In this document: piece after piece, positions 8,915 through 18,862 of the stretch | How positions within the stretch are numbered: position 1 is the stretch's first letter | Layout of the letters: every line of letters starts with the position of its first letter | NCBI GenBank assembly: GCA_024626585.2 | Contig: JANKJI020000002.1 | Location: 128,674,815 to 128,693,676, forward strand | Length of the DNA: 18,862 nucleotides | From: Ginkgo biloba | Lineage: Eukaryota; Plantae; Ginkgophyta | Direction of reading: 5' to 3' | Program-made: the position numbers and the translations under genes | The notes under the pieces: generated by a model | The model's input: the letters and a program-made list of their open reading frames with translations, nothing else | Told to the model about the DNA's origin: nothing | The model's database searches: none

Positions 8915-11547
8915 CCTGATTCTACCCTCTAAGCCTCTTAATTTTTGTAAGTTGCAAGTTGAGCATTTATGGAACAGAGGCATATTGGAGCTAATTTGGA
9001 CAGACGTCTGATAAAGTTTGAAGATGCTGCAGACACTATTATCAAGCTCACAAGGAGCTGGCTTTCAACCATGGGTTCAATTTATGTTAAACTTTCAAAC
9101 TCTGTCTACTTTTGATCCTTGCTCTTTCCTTCAAAAGCATAACATCCTATGCAAGGAGACCTTGTTGTATTGCATCTTTAATGTAGTTTAAGATAGGGGA
9201 CAGGGTAATCTTATCAAGATTACTCTGTTCAATGTTTTCTATTCAGTATAGGTCAAATCTGCAAGGATTTCGATCAGAATACATTGCTGCTGTACTCTTA
9301 CTAGATATAAATGGTATCTGATTTACTGCATTTGTTTTAAGGATTAATTCCAACCATCGCAATGATTGATTCCTGCATCTGTCATATCTATTGTTTGCTT
9401 CTGGATGCAACTCTAAGGCCTATCCAAGCAAACTCACACTCAATGTTACTTTAATGTGTGGATGGACGTGTTTTGAGAATATTTGTTCTTTACATTCTAT
9501 CACTTCAATTTAGGAAAAATTTTAGTGCCTATATATAGCCAATTGGCTATTTTTTTCCAAAATTTTCAAAACTTAGATTCGCCAATAGGCCAAATTCCTC
9601 TAAAATATTCGCCAGGTTTTTTCAATTTTAATGAAAAACCTTAGCTTATTCACCAAATTTAGCATAAATTACTAGCAANNNNNNNNNNNNNNNNNNNNNN
9701 NNNNNNNNNNNNNNNNNNNNNNNNNNNNNNNNNNNNNNNNNNNNNNNNNNNNNNNNNNNNNNNNNNNNNNNNNNNNNNNNNNNNNNNNNNNNNNNNNNNN
9801 NNNNNNNNNNNNNNNNNNNNNNNNNNNNNNNNNNNNNNNNNNNNNNNNNNNNNNNNNNNNNNNNNNNNNNNNNNNNNNNNNNNNNNNNNNNNNNNNNNNN
9901 NNNNNNNNNNNNNNNNNNNNNNNNNNNNNNNNNNNNNNNNNNNNNNNNNNNNNNNNNNNNNNNNNNNNNNNNNNNNNNNNNNNNNNNNNNNNNNNNNNNN
10001 NNNNNNNNNNNNNNNNNNNNNNNNNNNNNNNNNNNNNNNNNNNNNNNNNNNNNNNNNNNNNNNNNNNNNNNNNNNNNNNNNNNNNNNNNNNNNNNNNNNN
10101 NNNNNNNNNNNNNNNNNNNNNNNNNNNNNNNNNNNNNNNNNNNNNNNNNNNNNNNNNNNNNNNNNNNNNNNNNNNNNNNNNNNNNNNNNNNNNNNNNNNN
10201 NNNNNNNNNNNNNNNNNNNNNNNNNNNNNNNNNNNNNNNNNNNNNNNNNNNNNNNNNNNNNNNNNNNNNNNNNNNNNNNNNNNNNNNNNNNNNNNNNNNN
10301 NNNNNNNNNNNNNNNNNNNNNNNNNNNNNNNNNNNNNNNNNNNNNNNNNTACAACCCCACAGCAAATTCTGCCTGTTCTACAGGCGACAATTGGCATCAA
10401 CTTTTATTGCCCACTTAATTGTACCAATGTCCGCATTAAGGTGAACGACCAAAGGGAAATCTTGACCACGCGTAGTATATACAGAGAAAATTAACTTTTC
10501 TGTATTTTAAAAAACAAACAATATCGTGTAACCCAAATTTTAATTTTAATTTATTGTAAACAGAGTAGTGCCAGGAGGTGGAGGTGGGGGTGGGAGGGAG
10601 CAATGTTCTAAATTCTGCTTGTAGTGAAAAAAAAATAAGCTATAAACTACTGCGACTGTCAATTGTTTGACAAACCAATTTTAACCATTAATGGACAATA
10701 TATTTGGAGGCATTCCAAATGGGAAAAATGTCTTTAAATCAGTCAGTTACCCGGAGACACAGTCCTCTGTATGCAAACATTTTTGCCAGCTAATTATAGG
10801 AGTGCGATTTGACGACAAAATTCTCATGCTGTTGCAGAATGTGTATACCCGTTGGAATTTGATCTCTCTCTAACAACGACCTGCCCTACATTTGGAGCAT
10901 TCTATGATATATGATGTTTAAATGCGCCCTTTTGAAAAAGACTCTCAAAATCCTTTAAAACAATTACTTGCCTTCTAGCTCGATGGCAGCGTCAATCGTG
11001 ACGACACGGTAAAATAGCACGAGATTTATGCATTCTCGTTCTTACTTTATGCATCTTAATAGTTGACAAAGAACCCAACAACAAAGGGCATTGAAAGTCA
11101 AAATGTCGAAAATATTAAATTAATGTTGTGCATGGGAATAGGGTTAAGGAAGTCGCAGTCTGCCACCTGTCGGAGACCAGTACCGAAAGATCCCTTTTTC
11201 TGTGTTGCGCAGGGAGTCTAGGGACCAGGGTCACACCACTACGAGACAGGAAGAGATTTGAGGCCCTGGCCCACAACCATAGTTAACGTCCTGACTCTGA
11301 GTGAGTTTCTCGTGATTGATGAATGATTCTCCTTACAAACTGTTTCTTTTTTATTTTAACTATGACTCATGGTAACATATTGAATATGAACAAACACATT
11401 CAAATTGTGTTCCTAAGAACTGAACATTAAACTAAACCTCATCACTANNNNNNNNNNNNNNNNNNNNNNNNNNNNNNNNNNNNNNNNNNNNNNNNNNNNN
11501 NNNNNNNNNNNNNNNNNNNNNNNNNNNNNNNNNNNNNNNNNNNNNNN

Positions 11548-12060
11548 GCTTCAAGCCATATTACGTGCCAAAAAAGCCATTGGACCCCGCACGTTACATC
11601 ACCTCTATCAATTCTTCTGTCCTTGTTCTGTGCTGTGGCTTCCTCTGTCTTTTTGCCTGCAATACCGAATGGTGGAACGACGACGCCGCTTCTCCACCCT
11701 TCAAACTACCTTGTTAGCCTCAAATCTAAGGGCTACTATAAATGTAAACAGCCCCACGTTGAAGGGCAAAAATTTTTTATTGCCCCTATAAGTTATAAGA
11801 TTCTTTTTACTTTTTAAATGCTGCGGCTTATATTTACTAGAACAGCTTCAAGTTCGTCAACTTTCTTTGATGTGAAATGAAAGACGGTGATTTAAGAAGT
11901 TTAAGAATAACAATATCGAAGTGACCCCGCCCTGACGTTGGATTCTTTGGGATACGTGCCCAAATGGGCACATGCATAACTCCTAAACTATTCCTTCGCC
12001 ACGTCATTTCGAACGCCGTCTCGCATTTAAGCAACTATGTATTTTCCTTCGGTGCGGAAA
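11548..12060. promoter_or_regulatory. CpG-rich promoter/enhancer-like element with clustered ACGT (bZIP) cores
   Basis: ACGT at 11563, 11591, 11756, 11935, 11954 and 12001, including GCCACGTCA (11998-12006; TGACGTGGC on the minus strand) and TACGTGCC twice. TATA-like CTATAAAT (+, ~11736) and TAAATATAAG (-, ~11827-11836). About 24 CpG in 513 bp by hand count. Confidence 0.5.
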
Positions 12061-15000
12061 GGAGGCAAGCAAGTTGCATTTGATTAAAAAATTATAAATA
12101 CTTCATGTGAAAAGGGCAGGTGAATGAATGGGACAATGCGGATTACTCCATTAGGTTTTTCGGTGCCATCTATTTAATCCCACGCATGATGCATCATGTG
12201 GTGTTTGCATTGGCATTTCTTATCCAACAATGATGGTGGAAATATAAATATATTCTACCATTTTTCTTTTTCTTATTACTAGTAGAGAAAATTCTCCTTT
12301 AAGCATTCTCTACTCTCAATAGTAAATTGTTCTCTGATTTTCGCAACTTAAGAAAATCTACAAACATGTTTTATTAGCATTATCGAACGGCAAAGAATTT
12401 TTATAATGGTTGAAAAGACATTTACTATGTGAAGAATCTTGGCAATCTATCACCCATCTTACTTCAAGCATTTATCATCTTTGTGGGGACTATGGGATCC
12501 ATGGATCCTAAGCAATCTATCTACTTGTCAAAGTGCATTTGACTAAATAGGTAGGTATTATATTGTAGTTGCACGTCTTAGCATCAAGAATAAGTGTCTA
12601 CGACCACTAACGAAGTACATTCCCTATTGAGCCATTCTATGAGTAGATAAATTGTTCCCATGGATACTAATGTGTAATTTTTTTCAAGTACATATAGATA
12701 AGCCTTATTGGCATGTAGTCTCTCCATCCATCTCATTAGGACTATGAGAGGAGGATATCATAGTGGGCCACTGAAATAATTGTTGATTGAAACAATTATT
12801 TTCTAGTCATTTCATCATGAGCATCAAAGGAGAATCATGTGGTAAACAATGTCATGCTCATCAATATGTACAGATAGGGTTAAACAAAATAATGTCATTT
12901 TATTCACTTGTAGCAATTTNNNNNNNNNNNNNNNNNNNNNNNNNNNNNNNNNNNNNNNNNNNNNNNNNNNNNNNNNNNNNNNNNNNNNNNNNNNNNNNNN
13001 NNNNNNNNNNNNNNNNNNNNNNNNNNNNNNNNNNNNNNNNNNNNNNNNNNNNNNNNNNNNNNNNNNNNNNNNNNNNNNNNNNNNNNNNNNNNNNNNNNNN
13101 NNNNNNNNNNNNNNNNNNNNNNNNNNNNNNNNNNNNNNNNNNNNNNNNNNNNNNNNNNNNNNNNNNNNNNNNNNNNNNNNNNNNNNNNNNNNNNNNNNNN
13201 NNNNNNNNNNNNNNNNNNNNNNNNNNNNNNNNNNNNNNNNNNNNNNNNNNNNNNNNNNNNNNNNNNNNNNNNNNNNNNNNNNNNNNNNNNNNNNNNNNNN
13301 NNNNNNNNNNNNNNNNNNNNNNNNNNNNNNNNNNNNNNNNNNNNNNNNNNNNNNNNNNNNNNNNNNNNNNNNNNNNNNNNNNNNNNNNNNNNNNNNNNNN
13401 NNNNNNNNNNNNNNNNNNNNNNNNNNNNNNNNNNNNNNNNNNNNNNNNNNNNNNNNNNNNNNNNNNNNNNNNNNNNNNNNNNNNNNNNNNNNNNNNNNNN
13501 NNNNNNNNNNNNNNNNNNNNNNNNNNNNNNNNNNNNNNNNNNNNNNNNNNNNNNNNNNNNNNNNNNNNNNNNNNNNNNNNNNNNNNNNNNTTGAAAACCA
13601 AAATTTTAATTATTCACTTTCATTTAGAAAATAAGAATTATATTAAATAGATTATTGAGGATAAAAACTACATTAAAATAATATTAAAGCTTTCATAGTA
13701 AGCTCCCTTATACCTTATTTTATTTAGGCACCAATATACACATTCCTCTTTTTTTATTTTATTTATTTTTGTTCGAATTATCAATTTAAAAGGAAANNNN
13801 NNNNNNNNNNNNNNNNNNNNNNNNATTGAATTTCAATAGAAGAAAACATTATTTAAATAATATATTTTTTAGTTAGTCTTGATTAATCATCAATCATAAA
13901 CTCAAAAATCTATCTCATGCAATCTCATAATTTGAGAGAAGTTTTGAATTTTTATACAAGAGTATTCTTTTCTTTATCAAATTCTATCAAAAACATATTT
14001 TCCATTTGAATGCAAGAAGGAATGATTTCAGTAAACATTTTGAAAAATATATATACTAAAATATGATGAACTTATGAATGCTTGTCTCAATAGTTTTTAA
14101 AAATATATATATTTCAAATGAAAGTACAAGTTGGTCTAATACAATAACCAAGCAATTATCTATAAATTTTATGTTTAATATATCTTCAAATTCTTAACAA
14201 TTAGGAGGATATACTTATTAATATATTGTTAAAAAATCCATTAAAATTCATTGTTGGACCTTTCCTTATGGATTTTATATAAGGTGGTTAAATCTCATAT
14301 GCCGAGGCATTTAACAAACTGTAAAACCCTAGCTTAATGCTAAAAACTCTATAAGTCCACAAACAAACCACTTTTTATTATAAATAGGTATTCCTATATA
14401 TAGCTCATAAACATCATTTAATGCCACAAATAGATAATAAATAAAAGCATTAATTAATACCCAAGTGGTTTATAGGTTACTCAATTACCATATGCATGCA
14501 AGATCATTTAATGTAATATTTAATGCATTTGACATTTTACTCCTACAAACTTATTTTTAATGCATTTATGATGTATACAATTTAATACAATGCATAACTA
14601 ACATTTTTTTCATTTATGGGGATTTGTGAACACTTGAGTCCATTGGCAATAACATTGATATTAACCCCAACAATAATAATAAATAATACTTATCTCCTAA
14701 AATCTATGCGTAAATAATCAAGATCAATTATATAAAAAAATTCAAAGGCTTCAAATCTTATTTTTAATTCACTTTTGCATAATCATCTCGTACTTTGACT
14801 TACAATGTCAAACATGGAGTTAGGGATTTCAAAGAATGACATGGAAGTGAGAAACTATGCTCATCATAAAGGTAAAATATTTATGGAACTTATTCTCTTA
14901 TGAATAAGATATCCTTTGAAAGGCATCGAAGCCTTCAATTTTAAGATCTGACAAAAAGATTGTACTTATTTTTCCTTCCCATTATTCGCAGACTAGTTGC

Positions 15001-15518
15001 ATTTCAACATTATTTTAATTTTTCTATGCCTTGACATCCATTTTCTTACAACACATACCCTTGTAAGTGCATAACTCACAAACTATTACATAAACACGCC
15101 ATTTAAAATGTCATCCCATATTGAAGCAACACAAAAGAATTGTTGCCATTTAGATTTTAAAAAGGATATAAGGAAAAACATTATGATAATAAAGTGATAT
15201 GAAAAGTTACTTCATATGAAAAGGGGGCAGTGAATAAAAAATTTAGAAAGTAAAAATGATGTTTCATATATTGTTCCAATTGAATTATTTTATAACAATA
15301 TAAAAAATAAATAAATAAATATANNNNNNNNNNNNNNNNNNNNNNNNNNNNNNNNNNNNNNNNNNNNNNNNNNNNNNNNNNNNNNNNNNNNNNNNNNNNN
15401 NNNNNNNNNNNNNNNNNNNNNNNACCTAATATAATCTCCAATTCATTTATTTTTTTACTTAAAAAATCTTCCTGTTAATTCATTTATGATTTTACATCAT
15501 AAATTCTATGTGGAAACT

Positions 15519-15653
15519 ATTCCCCTCTTTGGTTCTTGTGGTTCTAAATAGGGAAGAAATGGTAATAGTAATTCCCTTAGTTTCTTATGGATTCTAAGGG
15601 AATTGTGACTTGCACATCCCCCATAGATTCTTATGGGTTCTACTAAAGGAAAG
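15519..15653. repeat. Three degenerate ~35-38 bp fold-back units at ~50-bp spacing
   Basis: Shared pattern TCCC...TTCTTRTGG(R)TTCTA...AGG(G)AA at 15519, 15570 and 15616. The middle unit has a perfect 11-bp inverted repeat AATTCCCTTAG/CTAAGGGAATT. Confidence 0.65.
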
Positions 15654-18248
15654 TATGAAGATTAAATGACTTTAAGAAGAAGAATCACAATAGTTGATAT
15701 ATCCGACTCATTTCCTAAATTAGGTCCCTTTCTTATTTTTCAAGGATCCTTTTATTTTTTTATAAATTCCCTTGACTTTAACAATTTATTCTAACATTAG
15801 TGAAAATTTTAGTTAAGTTCCATCATATTATTAGTTCACTCAAAAATAGGATTTTGTTGATCTATTAATGAATTTTAAAACCTTCTTAAGCAAGGTTTCT
15901 TGATCACTTAATCTTTTTGTTACTACCTTTAACATGGTAATGGACAAATCATCTAAAGTTATGCTTCTACTCAAAGTTAGTATTGGGACTAGTTGTATTT
16001 TTGCAGCTTTCCCTCACTTTTGCAGCTTCCTTCGATGTGTTTTTCTCTTTAGCAAAAAGTATAGGACTTAAAGCTTTTAAAGTGCAAATTAGCCAAGTGG
16101 TCACCTAGGTGATGGAGCCTTAGGCTTGCTAAGGTTCTACAGGGCTAAGACCCTATTAAGGGGCACTGGCCCTTGAATCTCATTGGTAATTTTGGTCTTA
16201 GACCTAGCAATAAAANNNNNNNNNNNNNNNNNNNNNNNNNNNCTTCGCTTAATATTAATGACTTCTTACCACTACGAAATTAAAGCCGATAATCATCCTT
16301 CTTCTTTACATTTAACCTCAATCAAGAAATTGAATAGCACTTAGAGCTTATCCAACCCAAAGTAAGCTTGGTTAACAAGGGTAACCTTAGTATAGAAGTC
16401 AAAGGTGGTAATTAAGGTTAAAGTGTTATTGTAGATTTTTTTTTTTTTTTAATTANNNNNNNNNNNNNNNNNNNNNNNNNNNNNNNNNNNNNNNNNNNNN
16501 NNNNNNNNNNNNNNNNNNNNNNNNNNNNNNNNNNNNNNNNNNNNNNNNNNNNNNNAAGGAAGATAGCCCACAGTACTGAACACCATCAAAGAAGAATGAC
16601 ATTATCAAAGATCAACACTGGCAAAGGGCATGGAACTAACAATAAAGAAGTGTATGAATGACAATGATGAAACAAGATTGGCATCATCGAGAAGAAGGGT
16701 GTCTAACATTGTCGTTTAATATTGTTAGAGAAGATCAATATTATTGATGATCAACATCAACATTGATAAGGAAGTAGAAGACCAACAATAATAGAGTATG
16801 AATGGAATCATCATAGGGGAGAAGATGGATGACAATCAAGATCCGTTGGAAGAGAAAAGATAGAAAGGAAAGGGGAGGAAAAAAGAAGGTGAAAGGTAAA
16901 TGAAAGATTAATGGAGTCTACGTTAATGCTCAACAACCAAGGGTTTGAGANNNNNNNNNNNNNNNNNNNNNNNNNNNNNNNNNNNNNNNNNNNNNNNNNN
17001 NNNNNNNNNNNNNNNNNNNNNNNNTAGTGAAACATTCACTACTCTAACCACTAGGAGGCATAAATCAAAGGAGGTTATGCCTTAGCTAGAGATAACTGTT
17101 AAGGGCATATTGGAAGCCATTACAACTAATGTCACCAACCAATCCATTGATAGAGACAAACCTAAGCAATTTGAATGGATCATATAATCCCAAAAAGAAG
17201 AAGAAGAAAAGGTTCTGGAAATTGATGAGGGTTGGATAATTAAAGTTAAAAAAGATGTGGTTGATTAAGAAGAGAAGTAGAGAGATCCAACATCTAAGAG
17301 AGGATAACTGTAGAAAAAACATAGAAAAGGAGAGTGCAACATAAGTGGAATCAAATGTTGATTTTAAGCTAGTTCCATGTGAGCAATTTAGTAAAGAATG
17401 TCAGACTGATCGCTGAGGGAGAGATAGTCTAATTAGCTCAGGGTATGATCAAATTATGCAACACTTATAGGGCCCAAGGATTAGACCTAAAAGAGTCAAA
17501 TATCAATGTGAGAGCTAGAGGGTATTGGGTAGATCACTAACGAGATGCAACTTTGGATAAAGACACAAGATTATATAGGAAGATCATTGAAGGTGAGTCA
17601 ACCACCCAAACGAAGAAATAAATCCATGCAGACCGTCAAACTTAAGGTAACATAAGGAGGAAGGTTTGACACACCATCTAAATTATGCATCTGTAGGATT
17701 TGAGCATTGGGATTAAATGTATTTTTTATAATCCCCTCTGATAATGAGGATGACATATNNNNNNNNNNNNNNNNNNNNNNNNNNNNNNNNNNNNNNNNNN
17801 NNNNNNNNNNNNNNNNNNNNNNNNNNNNNNNNNNNNNNNNNNNNNNNNNNNNNNNNNNNNNNNNNNNNNNNNNTTATTTTTGTTAAAGATGCTTATAAGT
17901 GCTTGATCATCAGTGTGGATTATGTGAATGTTTTCATGTGAAAGGCCTTGACACTAACGATGATGAGTGCCTTTTGCTAAGTCAATTATTTTCTTTTTTT
18001 TTAATATTTTGTGCTCCCATACCATTGGAGGTTCTCATTGATTGATGATATGTAACAAACCTTAACACTTGAGAGAGTGACTCATCAACATTTTTAGCAA
18101 AGTCTTTCTTCTAATACCATAGAGGCAATCATCAANNNNNNNNNNNNNNNNNNNNNNNNNNNNNNNNNNNNNNNNNNNNNNNNNNNNNNNNNNNNNNNNN
18201 NNNNNNNNNNNNNNNNNNNNNNNNNNNNNNNNNNNNNNNNNNNNNNNN

Positions 18249-18862
18249 CTTATTTAGGTAGTTGAAACCTTGGTAAGAAAATTCAAGGAGATAGAGAATG
18301 AGTTATGAAGGCAGAGCCCTAAAGGAAATGATGAGTAAAAACTAGAAGGCGAAGAGCTAGAGAGAGCATAAACAAACCTAAAAGATCTATTAATAAGGTT
18401 ATAGAAGAGTAATAAAGGTGGAGCAAGAGTAGAGGTTCAAAGTTTTAGAGGACTTTTGAAGAATGAGGATTTGTTAGACTAGGTTAGAGTGATGTAGAAG
18501 TACTTCAATTGGAAGGAAATATAATATCCGAGGAGAGTGAAGTTTGCATGCATTAGACTGAAGGGACACGCATCTATATGGTTGGAACATCTATAGAAAG
18601 AGAGAACTAAGAAAGGAAAAGAGAATATTTGGACATGGAAGAATATGGTGTCAATCTCAAAGGAAAATTTCTACCTGTAGACTATGGTCAGAGACTATTC
18701 TGGTAATTCTAGAATCTAAGACAAAGAGTCAAAAGTGTGTCCATATATACCAACACATTCTTTAGACTATCCATCTAAAGTGGACATGACAAATATGAAG
18801 AGAACATAGAAGTGAGGTATGTAAATGGTTGAAGATATCTTATTCAAGAAAAAAATTCTATG
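18249..18862 (+). mobile_element. gag: Decayed Ty3/gypsy LTR-retrotransposon gag (Retrotrans_gag-like) pseudogene, truncated by window end
   Basis: Manual translation through stops: ARVEVQSFRGLLKNEDLLD*VRVM*KYFNWKEI*YPRRVKFACIRLKGHASIWLEHL*KERTKKGKENIWTWKNMVS-(frameshift)-LKGKFLPVDYGQRLFW*F*NLRQRVKSVSIYTNTFFRLSI*SG...RYVNG*RYLIQE. This follows the plant gypsy gag pattern (L.G.A..WW; TW..M...LK..FLP.DY; NLRQ...SV..YT..F; RY..GL...IQ). Confidence 0.88.

Noticed and set aside
11183-11218. TPP riboswitch resemblance (AAAGATCCCTTT...GCGCAGGGAGT)
   Set aside because: Lacks the CTGAGA and GAACCTGA core motifs, and no thiamine gene is adjacent.
11290-11325. C/D box snoRNA (CTGA, TGATGA)
   Set aside because: Boxes are in the wrong order, with no terminal D box downstream.
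10574-11352. Plant telomerase RNA (AGTCTGC motif, pseudoknot, CTCCCACCCCC on minus strand)
   Set aside because: No CTAAACCCT-type template positioned 5' of the pseudoknot on either strand. TAACCCTA (minus, ~11139-11146) is on the wrong side, and no USE element is evident.
10691-12034. 60-65 aa ORFs within the CpG island
   Set aside because: Lengths expected by chance, two use non-ATG starts, and none resembles a known peptide family.
7039-13650. Long ORFs of 200-400 aa made mostly of X
   Set aside because: Produced by translating through N gaps.
15519-15653. CRISPR-like array
   Set aside because: Eukaryotic context, only three highly divergent units, spacers of about 12 bp and no cas genes.
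17090-17330. Possible LINE endonuclease remnant (NLNGSYNP...KRFWKL...WLI)
   Set aside because: Only a vague resemblance; the diagnostic GDFN motif is absent. Needs an HMM search.
18554-18567. miR319-like TTAGACTGAAGGGA
   Set aside because: Partial match inside gag coding remnant (IRLKG), with no hairpin.

Overview
Eukaryotic land-plant nuclear DNA from a gapped draft scaffold with 14 N-runs. It is AT-rich and CpG-depleted outside two islands; a large-genome vascular plant such as a gymnosperm is a low-confidence guess. Supported content: (1) a tRNA-Ser(CGA) gene at 1121-1202 whose 3' strand carries three C>T changes; (2) one multi-exon + strand gene (about 4390/4411-8746) for a type II membrane protein with two GT-A glycosyltransferase domains (At5g60700-like 'glycosyltransferase family 2'), partly hidden in a gap; (3) a decayed Ty3/gypsy gag remnant running off the right edge; (4) several short tandem and inverted repeats. 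The other ORFs in the track are shadow ORFs, gap-spanning artefacts or chance. No clearly new biological system is demonstrable. The best leads are an unexplained CpG-retaining island (10350-12200) with a bZIP-motif cluster and a possible pseudoknotted RNA, a long 3'UTR hairpin, and possible post-transcriptional control of the glycosyltransferase (uORFs, a cryptic splice acceptor).
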